Shown here: piece by piece, positions 8,248 to 15,316 of the stretch
How positions within the stretch are numbered: the first letter of the stretch is position 1
Layout of the letters: each line of letters starts with the position of its first letter
DNA from: a virus
Taxonomy: Duplodnaviria; Caudoviricetes
IMG/VR virus record: IMGVR_UViG_3300031951_000243
Span: 1 to 50,552 of that record
Reading direction: 5' to 3' (one strand)
Length of the DNA: 50,552 bases
Made by a program: the position numbers and the translations under genes
Notes under the pieces: model-generated
What the model saw: the letters and a program-made list of their open reading frames with translations, nothing else
The model's database searches: none
Told to the model about the DNA's origin: nothing

Positions 8248-8913
8248 ATGGATATGAAAGTCAAAGAAACAGCAGTCGTTATTTCCGCACCAAAGTTCAA
8301 CACCGTTGAGATTCTATTGCAGGGCACTGCCCCGCTGGTGGTCGCACGTTTCAGCAAGAAGGTTGACCTGATGATGAAGATGGCGCAGGGCACCACGGCT
8401 AAGAGTAAGAAAGAACGCAGCGCCCGTGACTATGACAAAGAAGCGGATGACGCACGTTACTACTCAATGGAGGGTTGGGAAGGTGTAAACGCAGCAGCAT
8501 TCCGCGCAGGGATGATCAGTGCATGCCGACTGGTCGGGTTCAAGATGACGCTGGCAAAGCTGTCGGTGTTTGTCGAGGCTGATGGTTGGGATAAGCAGGA
8601 TGGCATCCCACTGGTGCGCGTGTATGGCAAGTCCGAGACCTTCACTGCACACACCAGAAACGCTACAGGTGTAGTGGACGTGCGTAGCCGTCCGATGTAT
8701 CGCGACTGGGCTATCAAGTTACGTGTTCGCTTCGACGCAGATCAGTTCACCGCGCAGGATGTGTACAACTTAATTGCACGTGTTGGTGGGCAGGTCGGTC
8801 TGTGCGAAGGTCGCCCAGATTCCAAGTCTTCTGCGGGTTGTGGCTTCGGTACGTTTGAGGTGGTGCCGAATGACCGCCAGAAGGAAGTCAGCAAGAAGTT
8901 CGGCATTAAGTAA
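8248..8913 (+). CDS. Solo Cas7/RAMP-superfamily-like RNA-binding protein; candidate effector of the adjacent array
   Basis: N-terminal strand ILLQGTAPLVV; helix GVNAAAFRAGMISA, equivalent to the RAMP IPGSSLKGALR motif; C-terminal glycine-rich loop GGQVGLCEGRP...GCGFGTFEV. Sits immediately upstream of the repeat array. Confidence 0.75.
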   Translation: MDMKVKETAVVISAPKFNTVEILLQGTAPLVVARFSKKVDLMMKMAQGTTAKSKKERSARDYDKEADDARYYSMEGWEGVNAAAFRAGMISACRLVGFKMTLAKLSVFVEADGWDKQDGIPLVRVYGKSETFTAHTRNATGVVDVRSRPMYRDWAIKLRVRFDADQFTAQDVYNLIARVGGQVGLCEGRPDSKSSAGCGFGTFEVVPNDRQKEVSKKFGIK

Positions 8914-9078
8914 ATGTGCAAAGCGCCCGGATTCATAAGGACGAGAGGGAAGCTGGCATATCTGATCTTTAACTCTAGATAGACGTAGGGGCGCGAGAAA
9001 ATTCACTATGTCTATCAGCTCTGTAACGCGAAAGGGGGCGCGGAATATGCCTAACCCCCTAACAATCCCAAGGTGCGT
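8914..9078 (+). ncRNA. Structured leader of the array
   Basis: Stem 8978-8988/9006-9016 (11 bp, one G:U); GGCATAT 8955-8961/ATATGCC 9045-9051; AGGGGG 9033-9038/CCCCCT 9055-9060. Confidence 0.45.
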
Positions 9079-10263
9079 GGCGTGGCAGGTGGCGTGGGGA
9101 CAGGCGGCGCGCGGTGGCGTAAGGTGGGATTCGGTTTGGTTTGCCACGGTAAGGCAGGTGCGGCACGGCCCGGCCCGGTACGACGCGGTTGGTTCAGGTT
9201 CCGGTGTGGTCGGGTACGGTAAGGCAGGAGCGGCGTGGATCGTTGTGGTTTGTTCCCGTAGCGTCAGGTATGGTGGGTTAAGGCAGGTCCGGCGTGGTAG
9301 CGCAGGGTAGCGTATGTCTGCGTAGCGATAGGTGCGGTGAGATGGGGTAAGGCAGGTCGGGTTAGGCTGGGCTTCGTTCGGTGCGAAATGGTGCGGTGAG
9401 GCGGGGTGAAGTAAGGCAGGACCGGCAACGCCCGTTTAGGTTCGTTCGGGCCGGGTTTGGTTGGGTAAGGCAGGTATGGCATGTCATGGTCAGGCGAGGT
9501 GAGGTTGGGTTCGGTCCGGTGAGGTAGGGCAGGTATGGATTGGCATGTTCGCGTTCGGTGCGATGGGGTATGTTCGGGTAAGGCAGGTCTGGCTCGGCAA
9601 GGCTCGGTTGTGTATCGCAAGGTCTGGTAAGGCAGGTGAGGATCGGCACGGATAGTTCAGGCGCGATCTGGTGGGGTAAGGCAGGTTAGGCAGCGCAGGG
9701 CAAGGTGCGGTATCGCATGGTCAGGTTTGGATTGGTAAGGCAGGTGAGGTGTCGCAAGGCAAGGTTAGATGTCGTGCGGAATGGTAAGGCAGGTATGGCA
9801 AGGTGCGGTGCGTTGCAGTACGGAGTGGTTGGTTAAGGCAGGTGTGACCCGGCTCGGCAACGCGAGGTTTGGTGCGGCGAGATCAGGTAAGGCAGGTGAG
9901 GCAGCGTATGGACGGGCACGGTATGGTTGGGTGTGGTAGGGCAGGTATGGCAAGGCTCGGCAGGGTTAGAGAGCGGTAAGGCAGGTCAGTTCAGGCGAGG
10001 CTTGGTGGGGTATGGCGCGGTGGAATGCGGTCTGGTTCGGCGGGGTGAGGTGAGGCAGGTACGCCTACGCGTGGTATGGGTGCGTTCGGCTGGGTGAGGT
10101 GAGGCAGGTTAGGCGGGGCAACGTGGCGTTAGGCGTGGTGCCGTGCGGTCTGGTAACGCAGGTGAGGTGTGGCACGGAGCGGTACGGTCGGGCGGGTTGA
10201 GGTCCGGCAGGTTAGCTCTGGATGGGCGAGTTCTGGCGAGATAACGCAAGGTGAGGCAGGTAA
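9079..10263 (+). repeat. Non-coding GGY-NN pentamer array of 21 units delimited by GGTAAGGCA(GG); putative guide-RNA array (CRISPR-like but not a canonical CRISPR)
   Basis: Delimiters start at 9079, 9148, 9218, 9277, 9346, 9410, 9464, 9523, 9577, 9626, 9675, 9734, 9783, 9832, 9886, 9935, 9975, 10049, 10098, 10152, 10201 and 10250. Periods are 49/54/59/64/69/74 (5n+4) except one of 70 and one of 40. Confidence 0.92.
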
Positions 10264-10280
10264 ATAACTTGGAGGAAGCA

Positions 10281-10745
10281 ATGAAAGAAGAACGGAAGTT
10301 TTTAGAGCAACTAGCAAAACGCAACGGCGGCATGTTGATGGTAGAGGACGTGCTGAATGAAGCGAAAGACCCAAGGTGCATACTGCACAAACACTTTCAG
10401 TGGGATGACACCGCCGCAGCGGAATCGTATCGCAAGCTGCAAGCGCGTCAGCTAATCCAGAAGTGCGTGGTCACCGTAGAGAAGGCACCTGATGTGCCTA
10501 TTCGTGCGTTTGTTAGTCTGACTACTGATCAATACTCAGGTGGTGGCTATCGTATGACGGCAGAAGTTTTGTCGGACGATGACTTGAAGTCGCAGTTGCT
10601 GCATGACATGATGGTCACGCTGACCAAGTGGAAGAAACAGATTAACTTGATGGATAGGGAGACTGCTGCAATCATTGATCAACTGGAAGGCATTGTACGT
10701 ACCAAGACTAAACCCAAACACAAATCCGTAACGAGCAGAGTATGA
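10281..10745 (+). CDS. Conserved phage protein; candidate accessory of the RAMP/array locus
   Basis: GxLxxEDVLxEAKDPxxxLHxxFxWDDxxAAxxYRxxQARxLI motif; CTTGGAGG RBS directly after the array. Confidence 0.75.
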   Translation: MKEERKFLEQLAKRNGGMLMVEDVLNEAKDPRCILHKHFQWDDTAAAESYRKLQARQLIQKCVVTVEKAPDVPIRAFVSLTTDQYSGGGYRMTAEVLSDDDLKSQLLHDMMVTLTKWKKQINLMDRETAAIIDQLEGIVRTKTKPKHKSVTSRV

Positions 10746-10948
10746 AACTAAAGAACCCCGAGACCCTTGCTGTATATCTTGAAGATAACGCACGTAGTGA
10801 GATGGACAACGAAGCGGCTGCATCACTTCGCAAATTGTGGCGCGTGTACGAAGTTGCTAGTGAGATGGTTTGGGCTAAGACTCACGAACACAGTAAAGCT
10901 GCGTACGTGGAGATGATCGACTTGATAAAAGGCAAGCCGGGGGTCTAA
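10742..10948 (+). CDS. Hypothetical protein
   Basis: ATGA-coupled ORF. Confidence 0.6.
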   Translation: MKLKNPETLAVYLEDNARSEMDNEAAASLRKLWRVYEVASEMVWAKTHEHSKAAYVEMIDLIKGKPGV

Positions 10949-11148
10949 TGAAAGACGTACTCCAAGCATGGATGGATTACATAAAACCAATCGTAGGGGT
11001 AGACATCCAGCCCGCGCATTACAAAGCGTTCATGGCTGGCGCGGCAGCAGAGCGAGAAGAAGTTGCACTGCTGGTGGAGAGGATGGGGATTGAAGGCTAC
11101 GGCACACTGGCTATTGCAGCAGCAATCCGACAAAGGGGAAGAGCATGA
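10948..11148 (+). CDS. Hypothetical protein (AAAERE...AAIRxRG family)
   Basis: Coupled ORF; paralogous C-terminus with 11145-11354. Confidence 0.65.
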   Translation: MKDVLQAWMDYIKPIVGVDIQPAHYKAFMAGAAAEREEVALLVERMGIEGYGTLAIAAAIRQRGRA

Positions 11149-11354
11149 CTGATGAAGAAGTGGATCGTTTGTTGGCGCAAGCAGTCCGGGAGGCAGAGCC
11201 GAACGAACTTTATAAGTACCGCTTCGCCAAATTAGTCGCAGCAGCAGAGCGTGAGGCGTGTGCCAAGTTACTCGACGAGATGGCAGCGGCAGACAGGCTG
11301 TCGAACTATTACCAAGTAGCAGCACTAAGGATTAGAGAGCGGGGTGCGCCGTGA
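11145..11354 (+). CDS. Hypothetical protein (AAAEREACA...IRERG family)
   Basis: Coupled ORF with a typical small phage-protein motif. Confidence 0.65.
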   Translation: MTDEEVDRLLAQAVREAEPNELYKYRFAKLVAAAEREACAKLLDEMAAADRLSNYYQVAALRIRERGAP

Positions 11355-11590
11355 ACGAGGTTGCTTTGTATAACTTGACGTTTGCGCTGCCCATTTGTGC
11401 GGTATGCAACAAGCCGGTAGACAAGATGGAATCCATGTACTTGCCAGACTATGACGGCAAGCTGTTTAGAGCGCACTGCCATGGTAAGACAGAAGACTAC
11501 ATTCTTGGGTCTTACACGATGCTGGATGCCACAGAGATTACGTTTGGCAAAGCTTTTACTGCGCCACAATTAACAGGGGGTGCGCCATGA
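11351..11590 (+). CDS. Hypothetical Zn-binding-like protein
   Basis: CxxC...CHG; GTGA coupling. Confidence 0.6.
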   Translation: MNEVALYNLTFALPICAVCNKPVDKMESMYLPDYDGKLFRAHCHGKTEDYILGSYTMLDATEITFGKAFTAPQLTGGAP

Positions 11591-11772
11591 CTACGTTCGT
11601 TTTAGCTTGGGTGTTGGTGACGTTTGATTCATTTAACTCTGGTATGCAGTATTCACCACCGCTTCACACGCTGGAGGATTGCAAGCGGCTTCAAGAAGTA
11701 AGAAAACAACTCACGATTAAAGGGCTCGATCAATGCGTACAGCTAAACGTAATGAGAGGGGCGCAGCGATGA
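11587..11772 (+). CDS. Small hypothetical protein
   Basis: Coupled ORF; hydrophobic N-terminus; two Cys. Confidence 0.55.
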   Translation: MTTFVLAWVLVTFDSFNSGMQYSPPLHTLEDCKRLQEVRKQLTIKGLDQCVQLNVMRGAQR

Positions 11773-12077
11773 CAATCACACTAACCCGCGAGGAAGCGCA
11801 GCAGGCGCTGGATGCGTTGGACAAGGTTTTTGACCATAACGCTTGGGACTGTTGGCAAACAGCAGTTGATTTGCTCCGCGCCCGACTCGCGCAGCCTGAA
11901 CCGGAGCCGGTGATGTTGATGGATGCGCCATTGCTTCTAAATGGTCAACCACTCTACACCGCCCCACCACAGCGCGAACGAGTGCAGTTTCCGACGATGC
12001 TACGCAAGATGTGGAGCGGCACCGAGGTTCAGGCGTGGCTGGACGAGAACGTAAATCAGGAGAACAACAATGAGTAG
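11769..12077 (+). CDS. Mosaic hypothetical protein (TLTREEAQQ / QPEPEPV / PLYTAPPQRE modules)
   Basis: ATGA coupling; shares DNA modules with downstream genes. Confidence 0.65.
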   Translation: MTITLTREEAQQALDALDKVFDHNAWDCWQTAVDLLRARLAQPEPEPVMLMDAPLLLNGQPLYTAPPQRERVQFPTMLRKMWSGTEVQAWLDENVNQENNNE

Positions 12078-12228
12078 TCATGTGTACCCGATAAATGATT
12101 TGCGTGAGCACGATACGGAGGGTGGAGGCTGTTGGTGCAATCCGCAGTACGACGAAGAGCATGACTTGTTTATACACAACAGCATGGACAGGCGCGAAGA
12201 ATACGAAGAAGGGAGAAAACCAACATGA
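12070..12228 (+). CDS. 52-aa His/Cys protein (not in ORF track)
   Basis: MSSHVYPINDLREH...CWCNP...HNSMDRRE; AGGAG RBS. Confidence 0.6.
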   Translation: MSSHVYPINDLREHDTEGGGCWCNPQYDEEHDLFIHNSMDRREEYEEGRKPT

Positions 12229-12542
12229 CAGTCACACTAACCCGCGAGGAAGCGCAGCAGGTGTTGAATGCGTTGGAGAAAGTCACCAAACAAATGCTAT
12301 CGGCAAGGGATGAACTGGCAGAACGTGGTGCGAGGCCAGTCACTAACACTCACCATCAAAAGATATGGGACAGAGCATCTGAAGCCTATACGGATCAAGC
12401 GATTCCAGCGGCTGAAACCCTCCGCGCCAAGGTTAGGCGCGTTGAAATATGGGAAAACCGCGACCTGAGCAAATGCGAATGTGACCGTAACGAATACTGC
12501 CAACACTGCTGGCCGTTAGAACTAAGGGAAAATAAAACATGA
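12225..12542 (+). CDS. Mosaic hypothetical protein
   Basis: N-terminus near-identical to that of 11769; C-terminal CxC..CxxC. Confidence 0.65.
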   Translation: MTVTLTREEAQQVLNALEKVTKQMLSARDELAERGARPVTNTHHQKIWDRASEAYTDQAIPAAETLRAKVRRVEIWENRDLSKCECDRNEYCQHCWPLELRENKT

Positions 12543-13246
12543 ACATCACAATAAAACAGTACGAGCAAGCCGCAGACGAGAAAGTGTCCATTGGCGGGAT
12601 TAAGTGGCAACAAAAATTTGATGTTTGCATTCAATGTGATAGCCGTGAGGAAGCGAAAGCTATTCAAGCCCAATTTAATCGAGATTGGGATTCAGATGCC
12701 TATGGCTATGCAAAACGTCTTGCTGAAGCTATTTACCAAAAACACTACAAACAAGACTCACCGGAGTGGAAACCACTTGATACTACTCTTGGGGTATTAA
12801 CGCAGATAGACAACATGACCAGCGGGCTTGTAAAGAAGCCTTTAGAACAAAAGCCTGTGGTGTGGATGTACCAAGACAAAAGCACAAATGAAGTGCGTTT
12901 TCAAAAACACATGAGGGATTTTGTAGATCATGGGCAAACATACGAAACGCCACTTTATGCTAACGAATGGGTCAAAGAACCGCTTGATAAGATTATGCCA
13001 ATACCGCAGCCTGAACCGGAGCCGGTGGCGTGGCATGAACCCGGAGCATACGGTAACGTGACTGTATATAAAAAATGGGCTGAAGAAAATGGGTGGTTGC
13101 CACTCTACACCGCCCCACCACAGCGCGAATGGCAGGGGCTGACGGATGATGAGATTTACGAGATGTACAGCGAACCGTGTAGCGATGCAGAAATGGTTGC
13201 GTTTGCAAGAGAAATCGAAGCCAATCTGAAGGAGAAGAACACATGA
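12539..13246 (+). CDS. Mosaic hypothetical protein
   Basis: Contains QPEPEPV, PLYTAPPQREWQGLTD and IEAxLKEKN modules. Confidence 0.7.
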   Translation: MNITIKQYEQAADEKVSIGGIKWQQKFDVCIQCDSREEAKAIQAQFNRDWDSDAYGYAKRLAEAIYQKHYKQDSPEWKPLDTTLGVLTQIDNMTSGLVKKPLEQKPVVWMYQDKSTNEVRFQKHMRDFVDHGQTYETPLYANEWVKEPLDKIMPIPQPEPEPVAWHEPGAYGNVTVYKKWAEENGWLPLYTAPPQREWQGLTDDEIYEMYSEPCSDAEMVAFAREIEANLKEKNT

Positions 13247-13467
13247 GCAAACTGAAAACCGCAACCATTCCTGACCATCACAAAGTACAGGCAAAGATTA
13301 TTCTGAACGAAGCTATCGACGAGGAACCAGACAGCGTAATTGTGCTGTGCTTCTGGAAAGACCGAGGGCAGTTCAAGATCAAGGCTAGTACAGCATCTGA
13401 TCGGCTTGTAATTATTGGTGCGTTAGAAGAAGCGAAACTTAAATTTCAGATGGATGGGTATGTATGA
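13243..13467 (+). CDS. Hypothetical protein
   Basis: AAGGAG RBS; coupled. Confidence 0.6.
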   Translation: MSKLKTATIPDHHKVQAKIILNEAIDEEPDSVIVLCFWKDRGQFKIKASTASDRLVIIGALEEAKLKFQMDGYV

Positions 13468-13805
13468 AACCAATAGCATGGATAAAGATACGAGAGCTAT
13501 CGTATATGCAAGCCGTTAAAGCGTATGGCAAAGACGATTGGCAGACGAACCTTGGTTTGAAGCCTGAGCCTGATGATGAAGGTTTGTACACAGAAACACA
13601 GGTGCAGAAGATGCGGGAGAGTTTCGAGCAGTCTGTTACCGATCCTGAGAATCAACCAAGCCAGTACGGTACGGTGCTAATGAAAGAATGGCAGGGGCTG
13701 ACGGATGAGGAAATCACTGCTTTGAAGCGCAACGGCGAGAGATACATCAGTTCGCAAGACTTTGCCCGAGCCATCGAAGCCAAGCTAAAGGAGAAAAATG
13801 CCTGA
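13464..13805 (+). CDS. Mosaic hypothetical protein
   Basis: EWQGLTDEE...ARAIEAKLKEKN module. Confidence 0.65.
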   Translation: MKPIAWIKIRELSYMQAVKAYGKDDWQTNLGLKPEPDDEGLYTETQVQKMRESFEQSVTDPENQPSQYGTVLMKEWQGLTDEEITALKRNGERYISSQDFARAIEAKLKEKNA

Positions 13806-14034
13806 CATCAAACTCTACGACTACCAGAAGATTCCGCACCCGCGAGTCAAGGAGACGCTGAACTACTTTGTGCCGGAGAAGAAGACCAGCTTAGTCCTAG
13901 CACCAAAAGCACCGTGGGTAGATGGCAATATGTTCTGCTGCTACTACGATGAGAAGGGCAAGTTGATCGGCGTTAGGTTTGTTTACAAGGACGGTACATA
14001 CAAGGATTTGATTGAGATAGAGGAAAAACCATGA
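13798..14034 (+). CDS. Hypothetical protein
   Basis: AAGGAG RBS. Confidence 0.55.
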   Translation: MPDIKLYDYQKIPHPRVKETLNYFVPEKKTSLVLAPKAPWVDGNMFCCYYDEKGKLIGVRFVYKDGTYKDLIEIEEKP

Positions 14035-14249
14035 AAGCATTTCCGCTTAAAGCAGTAAATAAGTTTGACGATAGCGAGGGCATGGACCTGCGTGATTACT
14101 TTGCAGCCCAAGCTCTTACAGGCGCACAGATTTGGGATGCTGTGTTAAATGGACGCAACTCTGTTTTAGCAGCAAATGGCGTAGATACTTTGGCAGAAGT
14201 AGCTTACGCAGTCGCAGACGCAATGATGAAAGCAAGGGAAAAACTATGA
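14031..14249 (+). CDS. Conserved small phage protein (GMxLRDYFAA family)
   Basis: AFP...GMDLRDYFAAQAL...AYAVADAMMKAR. Confidence 0.8.
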   Translation: MKAFPLKAVNKFDDSEGMDLRDYFAAQALTGAQIWDAVLNGRNSVLAANGVDTLAEVAYAVADAMMKAREKL

Positions 14250-14473
14250 GAAACACTGTAATACCAAGTAACGCACTGCTTGACTACTTGATTAAACACC
14301 TTGAGTTGAAGAACAACCGTGCGCTGGCACAACATCTGGGGGTAACCCAGAGTGCTATCAGTAAGATTCGATACAGAACTAACCCACCATCAGCGGAGTT
14401 TATTTTGTTGGTGTACGACAAAACCGGTTTGAGTATCGAAGAGATTCGTAAACTGATCAAGCGAGACAGTTAA
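14246..14473 (+). CDS. XRE/Cro-like HTH protein
   Basis: NRALAQHLGVTQSAISKIR helix-turn-helix. Confidence 0.8.
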   Translation: MRNTVIPSNALLDYLIKHLELKNNRALAQHLGVTQSAISKIRYRTNPPSAEFILLVYDKTGLSIEEIRKLIKRDS

Positions 14474-14788
14474 ATGGCAGCAACACCTGAGAAGAAGGTC
14501 AAAGACAAAGTCAGGAAAATGCTGACCGAGTCCGGTGCGTTTCACTTCATGCCTGCTACGCATGGCTACGGCACGTCTGGGGTTCCGGATATTGTCGGCT
14601 GCTACAAGGGCAGGATGTTTGCCATCGAGTGCAAGGCTGGGGATAACAAACCCACGGCGCTCCAGCTAAAGAACCTATCCGCAATTGCTGCGGCGGGTGG
14701 GTATACCGAAGTGATCAACGAGACCAATCTCGAGGATGTAGGTGCGCTGTTGGCGAGGATAGCCCGCGATGCCCAAGGGAAACACTAA
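14474..14788 (+). CDS. VRR-NUC (PD-(D/E)XK) nuclease, Holliday-junction resolvase-like
   Basis: TPE..VK, GVPDIV, AIECKA and PTALQ motifs. Confidence 0.85.
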   Translation: MAATPEKKVKDKVRKMLTESGAFHFMPATHGYGTSGVPDIVGCYKGRMFAIECKAGDNKPTALQLKNLSAIAAAGGYTEVINETNLEDVGALLARIARDAQGKH

Positions 14789-15011
14789 TACTAAAACATG
14801 CCGCAAGCTGGAGATTCTAACGATCCTGAAACGGGAACACGCGTTGTCTGCAACGGAACTTTCCTCGAGGATGAAGATGACAGTGCGAAGCATACATAGA
14901 TTCTTGGTGGAGTTACGCACAGAGAAGAAAATCTACCGCCGCTATCAGTTGAGGGATGCTGAAGCCAAGCGGCCTACGTTTTACTACAGCTTACGAAGGA
15001 ACAGGGTATGA
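14769..15011 (+). CDS. Winged-HTH protein
   Basis: ILTILK..LSATELS..MTVRSIHRFLVEL. Confidence 0.65.
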   Translation: MPKGNTNTKTCRKLEILTILKREHALSATELSSRMKMTVRSIHRFLVELRTEKKIYRRYQLRDAEAKRPTFYYSLRRNRV

Positions 15012-15316
15012 CAACAAATGAGATCGTCGCACTATCAGACGTGCTTAATCGATTAGAAACCAAATTCGATTTGACACAACACAAGGTGCACATGCTACGC
15101 ATGATGGTGGATCGCTGGGAGAAGAACACGCCGGTATATGTGCTGGACGTGGTGAATGGGTTTGACCGCGTGTCTCACGCCACAACACATCGGATGCTCA
15201 AGGAACTGGTCTCAGTAAAACTAGTCAAGGAAACTGTCGGTGCGCATGATCGACGCACACGGCTGCTCACACCGGGCGCAAAATTTGAAAGCTGCTTGAA
15301 GGAGTTGAGAAAATGA
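15008..15316 (+). CDS. MarR-like winged-HTH protein
   Basis: SHATTHRMLKELV...DRRTRLLT. Confidence 0.7.
   Translation: MTTNEIVALSDVLNRLETKFDLTQHKVHMLRMMVDRWEKNTPVYVLDVVNGFDRVSHATTHRMLKELVSVKLVKETVGAHDRRTRLLTPGAKFESCLKELRK

Noticed and set aside
10210-10258. Self-targeting of the last unit (decodes YLWEL...) to YLWEL in the 47183-48697 protein
   Set aside because: Only the first four dinucleotides match consecutively at DNA level, which is compatible with chance.
9079-10263. Canonical CRISPR array
   Set aside because: The constant part is only 9-11 nt and non-palindromic, and the 'spacers' are themselves GGY-periodic rather than contiguous foreign DNA.
9079-10263. Simple minisatellite or G-quadruplex tract
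   Set aside because: GG runs could form two-tier quadruplexes, but that would not explain the unique NN content, the 5n+4 unit lengths or the adjacent RAMP-like gene. Kept only as a fallback explanation.
9008-10390. ORFs overlapping the array (9008-9310 +; 9264-9620, 9362-9649, 9765-9953, 10109-10390 and 10129-10374 -)
   Set aside because: Low-complexity translations of a 5-nt periodic sequence, with no clear RBS; a period of 5 does not fit coding selection.
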